From Candidatus Eiseniibacteriota bacterium (GTDB lineage Bacteria > Eisenbacteria > RBG-16-71-46): a stretch of 64,000 nt of DNA. Below the pieces are notes generated by a model. The model saw only the letters and a list, made by a program, of their open reading frames with translations, was not told the DNA's origin and did no database searches. The position numbers and the translations under genes were made by a program. The stretch is from assembly GCA_963717935.1 (NCBI GenBank), contig CAVQXP010000004.1, forward strand, positions 1,952,001 to 2,016,000, given 5' to 3'. Below, piece after piece: positions 1 to 11,084 of this stretch (position 1 is the stretch's first letter; each line of letters begins with the position of its first letter).

Positions 1-3000
1 AACCGCCGTTCGCTCGAGATCGGGCTGGACCGGCCGGTCGTCCACCTGGCGCGGGGGCGGGACGGGAAGCTCCGGCTGCCGCAGTGGCGCTCGGGCCCGG
101 CGGGGCGGGGCCCGGCCCGGGAGTTCGACGTGCGGTTGTCGGTGAGCGACGGCGAGGTGCACCTGCCTGATTCGAGCCATGACGTCCGCGGCCTGGCACT
201 TCGCGCCCGCGCCGTCCTGGGGAAGCAGGACAAGATCGAGGTGCAGCGCATGAGCTGGGCGCGGGGTCCGCTGGCCACGAGGCTCGAAGTGCTGCGCGGA
301 CGCCTCGTCGCCAGCGACAGCACGCGCTTCGAACTCCAGGAGCTGCGCACGCCCGACCTGGAGCTCTCGGCCTCGGGCGGTTGGCATCGTGGGGCGCAGG
401 CGCGCTTCGCCACGGTGGACCTCGATCGCGTGCGCTGGCGGTGGCTCGCGAAGGTGTTCGTGAACGAGCTGTTCGACGTGCCCGGCGAGGGCGGCGGACA
501 TTTCGACGTGCGCTTCGATCGCGCGGTCAGCGGTACGGGCGTGGCCGAGGGCGTCTGGGACAGCGTCCCGCTCAAGGTCCGGGCCGGCTTCCGCTGGGAA
601 GGCGGCCAGCTCACGGTCGCGCCGCTCGACGGCACCTCCCCGGCGGGCGCGTTTCGCGGGCGCGTGGTGTACACGGCGAGGAACCTCGATCTGCGCGGTC
701 ACGTCACGCACGGGAACCCGCTCTTCTGGCATGCGATCGGTCTTGGGGGCTGGCCGGCCGGCGACCTGACGGGGGAGATGCGGTACTGGTCGTGGCGTGA
801 GGCACCGGCCGGCTCGCGCTTCGAAGGGGACCTCGGGGTCTCGGAGCTGGCGGGCTGGCGGGCGGACTCGGCGCGCGTCCGGGTCGACGCGCCGTCGCAG
901 GCGCCCGGCACGTTCGAGGTCGTGATGACCCGCCGCGGCGGCCGCGTCGAACTCGACGCGGCCATGGACCGCGGAAGCTGGCAGGGCACCTGGCAGGCCA
1001 CGCGGTTCCCGCTCGACGAGTGGCCGGACGGGCGGGCCACGGGCATCAGGGGCATGCTGGGCGAAGGGCGCGGGACCGCGGAGAGCCGGGGCGGCGCGCT
1101 GCGGGTTGCGGGCACGCTCGCGGGCAACCCGGCGGAGTGGCTCGGTCTCCGGGCCGCGTCGTGGCGGCTCGGGGAGGTGAGCGGCGCGCTGCTGCCGAAG
1201 CCCGACCTCGAGTTGCGCGACGTGGGACTGCGGGACGTGCTCTTCCTGGGAGTGCACTTCGACAGCGTGCGCGCCGTCGTGCACGTGGGCGACGGGGAGG
1301 CGCGGCTCGAGCAGGTGACGGCCGCCGGGGGCGACACGGTGGTGACGGTGGCGGGCACGAGCCGCTGGGGAAAGGCGGGCTGGGGGACGACGCTGGAGCG
1401 GGCCGAGGCCCGCAGCGGACAGTTCGGCTGGGTCGCGGAGAGCCCGCTCGAACTGGCGGGCGACGCGGAGGGCGTGACGTTCCGGCGCTTCGCGGCGCGC
1501 GACAGCGCGGCGCGCCTCGAGATCACGGGCCGCTGGGCCGCCCCGGGCGGCAGCTACGACTGGACGGGCCGCGCCACGGGCCTCGATCTGCACCGCCTGG
1601 GGCTCCCGCTCGACTGGGACCTGGCCGGGACGGCGGATGCCGTCCTCACGGTCACGGGCCGCGCGGGCGATCCGCGCTGGGCGCTCGAAGGCCGCGCACT
1701 GCGGCCGGGCGCGCAGGGCCACCGGGGCGACTCGCTGCGCATCGCCCTCGCGGGCGCGCCTTCGCAGTTGACGGTCCGGGACTTCGTCTACCGGCTCGGG
1801 GCCGGCTCGCTGCAGGCGAACGTGGCGTTCGAGGGGACGGGCCACGCGTGGCCGGACACGCTCACGGGCGACGGCGTGACGCGCTGGCTCTCGACCGCAG
1901 CCGCCTGGAGCGGGCGTGTGAGCGCGAGGGACTTCCCGCTCGACCGACTCGACCGGCTGGTGCCGGGCGCACGGGGCCTGTCGGGCCGGCTGGCGGGCGT
2001 GCTGGACCTGTCGGGGCGGCCGGCCGCGCCGGTGCTCGGCCTGAGCGCGGAGGCGGCGCCGTTGGCGTGGGACAGTCTGGCGGCCGAGCACGTAGTGCTG
2101 CGGGCGAAGTTCCGGGACGAGCGCCTCGAGGTGCCGGAGTTGCGCCTGGCGCGCGCGAGCAGCGTATCGACTGCATCGGGGAGCATGCCGCTGCGGCTCG
2201 CGCTCGGCGCACTGCCCGTCGTGCCGGAAGCGCCCATGAACTGGCGGGTGGACCTGGAGAACGGGGATCTCGCGATCCTGCCGCAGCTGGTGCCGCAGGC
2301 CGCGGCCGCCCGCGGCCGTCTCGATCTGCACGCCGCGGTGGGCGGCACGCCGCGGCACCCGGACCTCAACGGGACCGCGGCCGTGCGCGAAGGCCAGATG
2401 CTCATCTCCGGCCGCAGCGAGTTGATCGAGGGCCTGCGGGCCGACTTCCGGCTGGAGGAGACGCGCATCACGATGGACAGCCTGTTCGCGCGTTCGGGCC
2501 GGCGGGGCACGGTGCGCGCGGACGGCGTCATCGACCTGGACGGTGGCCGGCTGAGGCACTACGCCTTCCACCTCGCCATGAACGGCTTCACCGTGGTGGA
2601 GCCCGGTCTCTACGCGGCGGAGTTCGACGCTCCCCGGCTGCATGGTCACGGACGGCCCGCGCCTGAATGGGCAGGTGCTGCCGCACGTGGAGGGCGACGT
2701 GACCCTGCGCGGGGCGCGCGTCCTGTTCGACTTCGCGAACCAGAGCGAGACGCAGCAGCTGGCCGCACGCACGCAGCCGCTCTACTGGACGTATCGCATC
2801 CGCCTGCTGGCGAACAGCAACCTCCGCTGGCAACCGCCCGACGGCGACATCGAGTTCAACGCCGACCTCACCGTCGAGCAGACCGAGAAGACCCTCGACA
2901 TCTTCGGGGACCTGAGCGCGATCCGCGGGACCTACGACTTCCTGAGCAACCGCTTCAACGTGGTGGTGGCGGATCTGACCTTCGACAACGTGGGGGGCGT

Positions 3001-3667
3001 CAATCCCACGCTGGACATCGAGGCCACGACCCGCGTGATGCCGATGCTCGGCATGGGCGGCAACGGGATGTCGACCGTGACCGGCGACGAGGGGAAGATG
3101 CACACCATCACCGTGCGCATCACGGGCCGGGCCGCCACGCCCACGATCGCGTTCGAGAGCGATCCGGCGGACTGGGACCAGCCCACCATCCTGAGCCAGT
3201 TGACGGTGGGGCGCTACGTGGCCGGCGGCACGGTGGTCGTCTCGCAGTTGAGCGACCCGCTCGACAGCTACGTGACGCGCATGATCAACGCGCAGCTCTC
3301 GCCGCTGCTGTCGCGCACGTTCCTGCGGGACGTCGGGCAGTGGCGGCTCGAGCGGCAGCAGGGCGGTCTTTTCGGTGGTCGGGGAGACGTGTTCGTGAGC
3401 GTTGCGCACCAGTTCAACCCGCGGGTCCTGGTGAGCTACAGCCAGCGGCTGCCGGGTTTCGAGCGCGGCGCCAGCCTCGGATCGGCGGGCACGGCGAACT
3501 CGATCGACCAGGGACTGCTGGAGCGCAACGTGGCCGCCGAGTACCGGCTCAATCGCTTCTTCTACATCACGACCGAGCTGGCCCAGCGGCGCACGCAGAC
3601 GACGACGGCGTTCCCGACGCTGGTTCCGGAGTTCAACGTGAACCTGAAGGCGCGCTGGGAGTACTAG
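1..3667 (+). CDS. tamB: TamB/AsmA-like translocation and assembly module protein (5' partial; one frameshift near 2640)
   Basis: The frame is open from base 1 with a long Gly/beta-rich sequence. The C-terminal part (ORF 2642-3667) has DUF490-like motifs (NPTLDIEATT, AEYRLNRFFY, terminal KARWEY). The two ORFs join across an apparent extra base at ctg-c-atg. Confidence 0.75.
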
Positions 3668-3803
3668 CTGGACGATTCGCGACCCGGGTTCGTGGCGGCG
3701 GCCCATGGATCGTCCAGGCGGGAGGGGTGACGGCCGCGGGGGGGCGGAGCACGGGGGTGGAGTGCCGGGTCGGCATCTCGCCGGGTGTCGGAAGGGAGCT
3801 TCC

Positions 3804-6800
3804 ATGCACAGGATGAGGGTGGGCCTGGTGGGTCTGACAGTGCTGGTGGCCCTCGGGCTCGGGTCTGTCCCGGCGCGTGCGCAGTACTTCGGCCAGAACA
3901 AGGTCCAGTACCGGCGCTACTCCTGGCGAGTGGTCGAGTCCGACCACTTCCGGGTGTATTTCTACGGTGGACTCGACAGCCTCGCGATGCGCGTGCTCGA
4001 CCTGGCCGAGAAGACCGACGTCGTGTTCGCGCGCCGGATGGGGCACCAGTTGAGCCACCGCGTCCCGATCATCCTGTACGGGTCCCAGAACGAGTTCTCG
4101 CAGACCAACGTCACGCCGGAGCTGATCGGGGAGGGAACGGGCGGCTTCACCGAGCTCTTCCACAACCGCGTGGTGCTGCCGTTCACGGGGTCGTACGAGG
4201 AGCTGCGCCACGTCGTGGTGCACGAGCTGGCGCACGCCTTCCTGTTCGACATGCTGTACGGCGGGTCGGCTTCGCGGCTCCTGGCGCGGCAGTCGTTCTT
4301 CGCCACTCCCCTGTGGTTCGCCGAGGGGGTGGCGGAGTACCTGTCCCTCGGCATGGAGCCGAACGCCGCGATGTTCCTGCGCGACGGGATCATCGAGGGG
4401 TACCTGCCCCCGCTCGAGTACGCGGGCGGCTACCTGGTCTACAAGCAGGGGCAGTCCGCCATCGGCTACCTGGTGGACCGCTACGGCGAGGAGCGGCTGC
4501 GCGAGTTGCTGCGCCGCGTGCGGCAGTCACGGAGCTTCGACCGCGCGTTCCAGCGCGCCATGGGTCTTCCGGTGCGGACGTTCGACGAGCAGTGGCGAGA
4601 GTGGTTGCGCCGCGAATACTGGCCCGCGGTCGCGACCCGGCAGGACCCGGAGTACTTCGCACGGCGGCTCACCGACCACCGGCGTGACGGCAGCGGCCTG
4701 AACACGGCTCCGGCCATCTCGCCGCAGGGCGACCGCATCGCCTGGTTCTCGGACCGTCGCCAGTACACCGATGTCTACGTGATGTCGGCGTACGACGGGA
4801 AGGTGCTGCGCCGGATCATCCGGGGGGAGCGCAACGTGCAGTTCGAGGCCATCCCGTCCTTCCGCAGTTCGATCGCCTGGTCCCCGGACGGGCTGCGCCT
4901 CGCGCTCACGGCCAGAAGCGGGGGGCAAGATGCTCTCTACGTGGTCTCGGCGGCGGACGGGCGCGTGCTGAAGCGCATCGTGCTGGACTGCGATGCGCTC
5001 GCCTACCCGGCCTGGTCGCCCGTCGGGGAGAGCCTGGTGGTGGTGGGGGTGAAGGACGGCCGCTCCGATCTCTGGCTGGTGGACGTCGGCACCGGTGGCG
5101 CGCGCCGGCTCACGGCGGACGCCTGGGACGAGAAGGAGCCCTGCTGGACCCCGGACGGCCGGACCGTCACGTTCGCGTCCGACCGCCTGTTCCCCGTCGT
5201 GCTGCAGCCGGAGCGGACGCCGGAGGGCTTCGGTCGCTACGGCCTCTTCGACCTCGACCTGGCGAGCGGCGCGATCACCCGGCGCGTCGAGACGGCCGGT
5301 GACGACCATTCGCCGGCCTGGTCCCCGGACGGGCGCAAGCTGGCGTTCGTCTCCGATCGCGGCGGGGCCTCCGACATCCTGCTCTACGACACCGAGTCGC
5401 GCAGCTTCACCCAGCTCACGGACGTGCTGGGCGGGGTGTCGAGTCTGTCGTGGTCGCGGCAGGACGACCGCCTGGTGTTCTCGGCGTTCAACCGCGGTGG
5501 TTACGACGTGTTCGCCGTGCGGGAGCCCGTGTCGGTGGACGCGGTACTCGCCCGGTTGAGGCGGGAGACGCCGCAAGCCGTGATGAACGAGGTCGGGGTG
5601 CTGCAGCTGGCCGCAGACGGCGCCGGTCCCGCCCCGCCTCGGGGCGCGCTCGCGGAGACCCGGCGCGCGGAGCCGGGCCCGTGCGACGGCCTGGCCGGCC
5701 CGGCCGGGGCGCGTCCGGGCCCGGACACGACGGGAGCCCGCCCCGTGCGCCGTGATCTCGTCCTGCTGCCCAGCGAGACCGGCAGCCAGCGCTCGACGTT
5801 CCCGGTGTACGGCGACACCGTGCCCGTGCTGGCGACCCGCACGCCGCTGGTCGAGCGCGGCGGGCCGTTCGCGCTGCCCGACTCGGTGCTGGCGCAGACG
5901 CCGACGCCGTACCGGGTGCGGTTCTCGCCGGACTACGCCGGGGGCGGTATCCTCGCGGCCACGGGCTTCGGCTTCGTGGGGAGCGCCGCGTTCGCGTTCA
6001 GCGACTTCCTGGGGGACCAGCGGCTCTACCTGGCGGCCGACCTGTTCGGCGGCCCGCTCGAGGAGACGAACGCCCTGCTCCTCTACAGCTACCTGCCGCG
6101 GCGTTGGGACTTCACGGCGGGCCTGTTCCATTTCAAGAACTACCAGTCCGCGCGCGTCACGGGCACGGGGGAGGCGCTCGGCAGTCCCCGGCTCTTCTCC
6201 GAGCGCACGTTTGGCGCGCTCCTGGAGGCGTCGTGGCCCTTCGACCGCTTCCGCCGCCTCGACCTCGCCTTCACGCAGATGTTCGTCGAGCGCGTGTTCT
6301 TCGACGAGGGCGCACAGGGGGACGTGGCGCCCTCCGGCCGCCGCTACGAGTCGGTGAGCGCTCCATCCCTCTCGGTGGCGGGCGACAACACGCTGTGGGG
6401 CTCGACCGGGCCGGTGAATGGCGGGCGTTCGAACCTCACGTTCAGCCCCTCGTTCGGGTGGCTGGCGCGCGGGCTCTCGTACCGGACGGTGACGCTGGAC
6501 GCCCGCCGCTACTGGGACCTGCCCGGCAGCTACACGTTCGCCGCGCGGGCGCTGGCCGGTCGCAGCGACGGCCGCGATGCGCAGACGTTCTTCGTGGGTG
6601 GCTTCTCCACGCTTCGAGGGTTCCCTCACTACGAGATCACGGGCACGCGCCTGGCCATCGTGAACGCCGAGTTGCGCTTTCCGTTCATCGAGCGTTTCGG
6701 TGTGGTGGGGCCGTTGCCCCTCGGGAGGCTCGACCTGCGCGGCGCGCTCTTCGCCGACGCGGGACTGGTGTGGGATCGGGGTGAGCCGCTGCGGTTCACG

Positions 6801-6968
6801 CGCGTGGTGCGCGGCGAGCGCCGCCTCGCCAGCCCGCTGGCGAGCTTCGGCACCGGGTTGCGCACCAATCTCGGCTTCATGGTCCTGAAGGCCGACGCCG
6901 CCTGGCAGACCGATCTCGCGAGCGTGGGGCGGCCGCGCTGGGAGTTCAGCATCGGGCCGGAGTTCTAG
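3804..6968 (+). CDS. Secreted Omp85/BamA-family protein with N-terminal gluzincin-like peptidase domain and PD40 (TolB-like) beta-propeller
   Basis: GGGAG RBS before ATG 3804; signal peptide ending ARA-QYFGQNKVQY; HELAH plus WFAEGVAEY; repeats such as PAWSPDGRKLAFVSDRGG; C-terminal barrel with LRGF and terminal F. Confidence 0.8.
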   Translation: MHRMRVGLVGLTVLVALGLGSVPARAQYFGQNKVQYRRYSWRVVESDHFRVYFYGGLDSLAMRVLDLAEKTDVVFARRMGHQLSHRVPIILYGSQNEFSQTNVTPELIGEGTGGFTELFHNRVVLPFTGSYEELRHVVVHELAHAFLFDMLYGGSASRLLARQSFFATPLWFAEGVAEYLSLGMEPNAAMFLRDGIIEGYLPPLEYAGGYLVYKQGQSAIGYLVDRYGEERLRELLRRVRQSRSFDRAFQRAMGLPVRTFDEQWREWLRREYWPAVATRQDPEYFARRLTDHRRDGSGLNTAPAISPQGDRIAWFSDRRQYTDVYVMSAYDGKVLRRIIRGERNVQFEAIPSFRSSIAWSPDGLRLALTARSGGQDALYVVSAADGRVLKRIVLDCDALAYPAWSPVGESLVVVGVKDGRSDLWLVDVGTGGARRLTADAWDEKEPCWTPDGRTVTFASDRLFPVVLQPERTPEGFGRYGLFDLDLASGAITRRVETAGDDHSPAWSPDGRKLAFVSDRGGASDILLYDTESRSFTQLTDVLGGVSSLSWSRQDDRLVFSAFNRGGYDVFAVREPVSVDAVLARLRRETPQAVMNEVGVLQLAADGAGPAPPRGALAETRRAEPGPCDGLAGPAGARPGPDTTGARPVRRDLVLLPSETGSQRSTFPVYGDTVPVLATRTPLVERGGPFALPDSVLAQTPTPYRVRFSPDYAGGGILAATGFGFVGSAAFAFSDFLGDQRLYLAADLFGGPLEETNALLLYSYLPRRWDFTAGLFHFKNYQSARVTGTGEALGSPRLFSERTFGALLEASWPFDRFRRLDLAFTQMFVERVFFDEGAQGDVAPSGRRYESVSAPSLSVAGDNTLWGSTGPVNGGRSNLTFSPSFGWLARGLSYRTVTLDARRYWDLPGSYTFAARALAGRSDGRDAQTFFVGGFSTLRGFPHYEITGTRLAIVNAELRFPFIERFGVVGPLPLGRLDLRGALFADAGLVWDRGEPLRFTRVVRGERRLASPLASFGTGLRTNLGFMVLKADAAWQTDLASVGRPRWEFSIGPEF

Positions 6969-6977
6969 CCCGGAGGT

Positions 6978-7006
6978 TGGACGGCCTCTGGCCGTTCGGC
7001 TAGATT
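6978..7006 (+). promoter_or_regulatory. Putative sigma70 promoter upstream of pcrA/uvrD
   Basis: TGGACG-N17-TAGATT. Confidence 0.4.
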
Positions 7007-7049
7007 GCGGGCGTTCCCCGCGACCGGCCCTCCGACCCGACGAGCGCCC

Positions 7050-9314
7050 TTGGACCTCCTCGAGAGCCTCAATCCCGAACAGCGCGCTGCCGTCGAGCAC
7101 CCCGGCGGGGCCCTGCTCGTGATCGCGGGCGCCGGGAGCGGCAAGACGCGTGTGCTGACGGCCAGGGTCGCGCGGCTGCTCGCGAATGGCGTGCCCCCGC
7201 GGGCGGTCCTCGCGTTCACGTTCACCAACCGGGCCGCGCGGGAGATGCGGGCGCGCATCGACGCCGCGATCGGGGCGCCCGCGTCACCGGATGGGGCGGC
7301 CCGCGAGCTGTGGGTGGGCACGTTCCACGCCACCTGTGTGCGTCTCCTGCGGCGCGAGGCGGAGGCCGCCGGCATCCCGCGCGGGTTCGCGATCTACGAT
7401 CGCGAAGACCAGGAGGGCGTGATCCGGGGCCTGGTGAAGAAGCTCGAACTGCCGGAGGCCGCCTTCCGGATCGGGGCGGTGCTCGCGCGCATCTCGGACG
7501 CGAAGAACGCGCTGGTGGGGCCGACGGAGTTCGAGCGGGTGGCGGCGAGCCCCCACGAGCGCCGGCTGGCGGAGCTCTACGGGCTCTACCAGAAGGAGCT
7601 GGCGCGCAACGGGGCGCTCGACTTCGATGACCTGATCGGCACGACGGTGCGGCTGCTGCAGGAGCGGCCCGACGTGGCCGAGCGCTACGGACGGCGTTTC
7701 CAGCACGTGCTGGTGGACGAGTACCAGGACACGAACCACGCCCAGTTCCGCCTGGTGCACGCGCTGGCCGCGGTGCACGGAAACCTGTTCGTGGTGGGCG
7801 ACGACGACCAGTCGATCTACGGCTGGCGGGGCGCGGACCTGTCGAACGTGCTCGAGTTCGAGCGGGCCTTCCCGGGGGCGACGGTGCTGCGCCTCGAGCA
7901 GAACTACCGCTCGACCGGCAACATCCTGCGCGCGGCTAACGCGGTGATCGCGCACAACCGGGCGCGCAAGGGGAAGACGCTGTGGTGCGAGCGGGAGGAG
8001 GGGGCCCGGCTGCGTTTCGCGCTGGCATCGGACGAGTCCGACGAGGCGCGGCGCGTGCGGTGCTTCCTCGAGGAGCGCGTACGGCGCGGCGGTCGTCTGG
8101 ACGAGGCCGCCGTGCTGTACCGCACGAACGCCCAGTCGCGCGCGCTCGAGTCCGAGCTGCGCCAGCAGGGCATGGCCTACGAGATGGTGGGTGGGGTGTC
8201 CTTCTACCAGCGGCGTGAGGTGAAGGACCTGCTGGCCTACCTGCGGCTCGCGGTCAATCCCGCCGACGCAGTGGCGTTCTGGCGCGTCTGGAATACGCCG
8301 CGGCGCGGCCTGGGGCGGGCGGTGCGGGCGGAGGTCGAGGCGGTGATGTCCGGGCGCGGTGTCACGCCGGTCGAGGCGCTGCGGGCGCTCGCCCGGGAGG
8401 GCGCGCTCGCGCGTGCCGCGGCGCAGGGCGCCGACCGCCTGCTCGGCGTGCTGGACGAGCTGTCTGCGCGCCTCGAGGACCCGGTGGACGTGCTCTTCAT
8501 GCGCCTGCTGGCCGGCACGGATTACCTGCGTCACCTCGAGTCGCTGGGAGAGGAGGACTACGAGGACCGGCGCGCCAACGTGGAGGAAGTGGCGGCGACG
8601 GCGGGTGGCTTCGCGGCGCGCGGCGGCGGCACGCTCGTGGATTTCCTCGCGGAGACGGCGCTGCTCACCGACGCGGATCGGCTGGCCGAGGGCGCGGACC
8701 GCGTGCTGCTGCTGACGGCGCACAACGCGAAGGGCCTCGAGTTCGACGCGGTCGTGGTGACGGGTCTCGAGGAGGGGCTCTTCCCGCATGGCTCCGCGCT
8801 CGAGGACGAGGCCGAGCTGGAGGAGGAGCGGCGGCTGTTCTACGTGGCCATCACCCGGGCGCGTGACGAGGTGCTGCTCACGGCGGCCGCGACCCGGCGG
8901 CGCTTCGGCGCGCTGGGTGGCCCGCTGGGCGGGCAGGTGTCGCGCTTCGTGGAGGAGGTCCCGGCGGAACTGTTGGAGCGCGAAGTCGCGCCGGCCCTCG
9001 CGTGGCAGCCGCAAGGGCGTGGAGCGGGTTGGGAGGGCGAGGGGGCGAGGCGGCGTCCGGGCGCGTCGGCCGGGGCTGCGCGGGGCGTGGCGGGCCGGCG
9101 CGGGCGAGGTCGCGCGACCGAGCCGGCAGGGCGCACGGGCACCCTGCACCGCGTCATCGGCCGGGAGGTCTATCACGAGATCTTCGGGCGGGGTATCGTG
9201 GTGGACGCGGAGGGCGGGGGCGGTGACCTCAAGTGCACCGTGCGCTTCGCCTCGGGCACGAAGAAGGTCATGGGGCGGTTCCTGACGGGAGGAAGCGATG
9301 GCGATCCCGCGTGA
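7050..9314 (+). CDS. pcrA: ATP-dependent DNA helicase PcrA/UvrD
   Basis: LNPEQRAAV, AGAGSGKT, DEYQD, GDDDQSIYGWRGA, LEQNYRS, AKGLEF, EERRLFYVAITRA; C-terminal Tudor-like segment. TTG start is inferred. Confidence 0.95.
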   Translation: MDLLESLNPEQRAAVEHPGGALLVIAGAGSGKTRVLTARVARLLANGVPPRAVLAFTFTNRAAREMRARIDAAIGAPASPDGAARELWVGTFHATCVRLLRREAEAAGIPRGFAIYDREDQEGVIRGLVKKLELPEAAFRIGAVLARISDAKNALVGPTEFERVAASPHERRLAELYGLYQKELARNGALDFDDLIGTTVRLLQERPDVAERYGRRFQHVLVDEYQDTNHAQFRLVHALAAVHGNLFVVGDDDQSIYGWRGADLSNVLEFERAFPGATVLRLEQNYRSTGNILRAANAVIAHNRARKGKTLWCEREEGARLRFALASDESDEARRVRCFLEERVRRGGRLDEAAVLYRTNAQSRALESELRQQGMAYEMVGGVSFYQRREVKDLLAYLRLAVNPADAVAFWRVWNTPRRGLGRAVRAEVEAVMSGRGVTPVEALRALAREGALARAAAQGADRLLGVLDELSARLEDPVDVLFMRLLAGTDYLRHLESLGEEDYEDRRANVEEVAATAGGFAARGGGTLVDFLAETALLTDADRLAEGADRVLLLTAHNAKGLEFDAVVVTGLEEGLFPHGSALEDEAELEEERRLFYVAITRARDEVLLTAAATRRRFGALGGPLGGQVSRFVEEVPAELLEREVAPALAWQPQGRGAGWEGEGARRRPGASAGAARGVAGRRGRGRATEPAGRTGTLHRVIGREVYHEIFGRGIVVDAEGGGGDLKCTVRFASGTKKVMGRFLTGGSDGDPA

Positions 9315-9597
9315 CGAGGTCCGGCGGATCGCGGAGCTGGCGCGGCTCGAGGTCCGGGAGGAGGACCTGGATCGCGTGGCGGCCGAACTCTCCGCGGTGC
9401 TCGACTACGCGCAGGCCCTGAAGCGCCTCGACCTGGCGGGCTGCGAGCCGCTGCGGTTCGCCCCGCCCGGGGCGGCGCTGCGGGCCGACGAGCCGGACGG
9501 CCGGCGTCTCACGGTGGAGCAGGCGCTCGCGATGGCGCCCGAGGCGGAGGGGGGATTCTTCGTGGCGCCACCCGTGATGGGAGGGCCGGAGCCGTGA
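9298..9597 (+). CDS. gatC: Asp-tRNA(Asn)/Glu-tRNA(Gln) amidotransferase subunit C
   Basis: [11 protein letters not shown]...LRADE...[13 protein letters not shown]; lies immediately before gatA. Confidence 0.9.
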   Translation: MAIPRDEVRRIAELARLEVREEDLDRVAAELSAVLDYAQALKRLDLAGCEPLRFAPPGAALRADEPDGRRLTVEQALAMAPEAEGGFFVAPPVMGGPEP

Positions 9598-11084
9598 ACG
9601 GGCGTGAGCTGTGGCGCCTCCCGGCGCGGGCGCTGGCGGCGGCGGTGCGCGCGGGCGAGTGCACGGCGCTCGACGCCGTCTCGGCCGGCTGGGACGGGCC
9701 GGCCGGCCGATCTGGGAGCGCGACGTGCACGCGGTCGCGCACTCGGACCGCGGAGGCGCGGGCGGCGGGCGCCGGGGTGGCGCCGCCCGGGCCGCTGGCG
9801 GGCGTGCCGGTCGTGGTCAAGGACAACCTCTGCACGCGCGACTACCCGACGACCTGCTGCTCGCGGATCCTCGCCGGCTACCAGCCGCCTTACGACGCCA
9901 CCGTGGTGCGGCGGCTGCGTGAGGCCGGCGGGGTCATCAGCGGCAAGGGCAACATGGACGAGTTCGCGATGGGCTCGTCGACGGAGTTCTCCTGCTATGG
10001 CCCGACGCGCAATCCGTACGACCTCGCGCGCGTGCCCGGCGGCTCGAGCGGCGGGCCCGGCCGCGGCCGTCGCCTACGGTCTCGCGCCGCTGGCCCTGGG
10101 CAGCGACACCGGCGGATCGGTGCGGCAGCCGGCGGCTTTCTGCGGGGTGGTCGGCCTCAAGCCCACCTACGGACGGCTCTCTCGCTACGGGCTGGTGGCG
10201 TTCGGCTCGTCGCTCGACCAGGTGGGCATCTTCGGCCGCGACGTCGCGGACGTGGCGCTGCTCTACGCGCTGCTGGCGGGCCCGGATCCGCTCGACGCCA
10301 CCTCGCGGCCCGGTCCGGCCGCCGGACGTGAGCGGCTGGGACGAGCGGGGTGGAGGGCCTGCGCTTCGGCTGGCCCGCCAACCTGTGGCGGGAGGGTGTG
10401 GAGCGACGAGGTGGTGGCGGGACTCGAGGAGGCCGCGGCCTGGCTGGAGCGGGCCGGGGCGCGGCGTGTCCCGTTCGACTTCCTGCCGGGTGAGTACGCG
10501 GTCGCTACCTACTATCTGGTGGCCACGGCGGAGGCCAGCTCGAACCTGGCGCGCTTCGACGGCGTGCGCTACGGGCACCGCGACCGCCGAGAGCCCCGAC
10601 CTGGCCGCGCTCGTACACGCGCACCCGCAGCGCCGGCTTCGGTGCGGAGGTGCAGCGCCGCATCCTGCTCGGCACCTACGCGCTGTCGGCCGGGCTACCG
10701 CGACGAGTACTACGTCACGGCCCAGCGGGCGCGCGCGCGGATCCGGCGGGAGTACGAGGCGGCGTTCGCGCGCTGCGACCTGTTGCTCATGCCGGTGGCG
10801 CCGACGCTGCCGTTCCGGCTGGGGGAGAAGCTGGACGACCCGCTGGCGATGTACCTGAGCGACATCTTCACGCTCGGCGCGAACCTCGCAGGCATGCCCG
10901 GGGCTGAGCGCGCCGGTCAGCGCCGGCGGCGGCGGGACTGCCGCGGGCGCGTGCAGCTGCTCGGTCCGGACGATGGCGAGGCGCGTCGCTGCTGCGCGCC
11001 GCGCGCGCGCTGGAGGTGCAGGGCGCACGGGCGCGGCTCGAACGCTCTCACGAAGTGGAGTTCAGATGGCCCACGAAGCGGTGA
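9594..11084 (+). CDS. gatA: Amidotransferase subunit A (several frameshifts)
   Basis: [58 protein letters not shown] and MYLSDIFT are spread over different frames. Confidence 0.9.
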
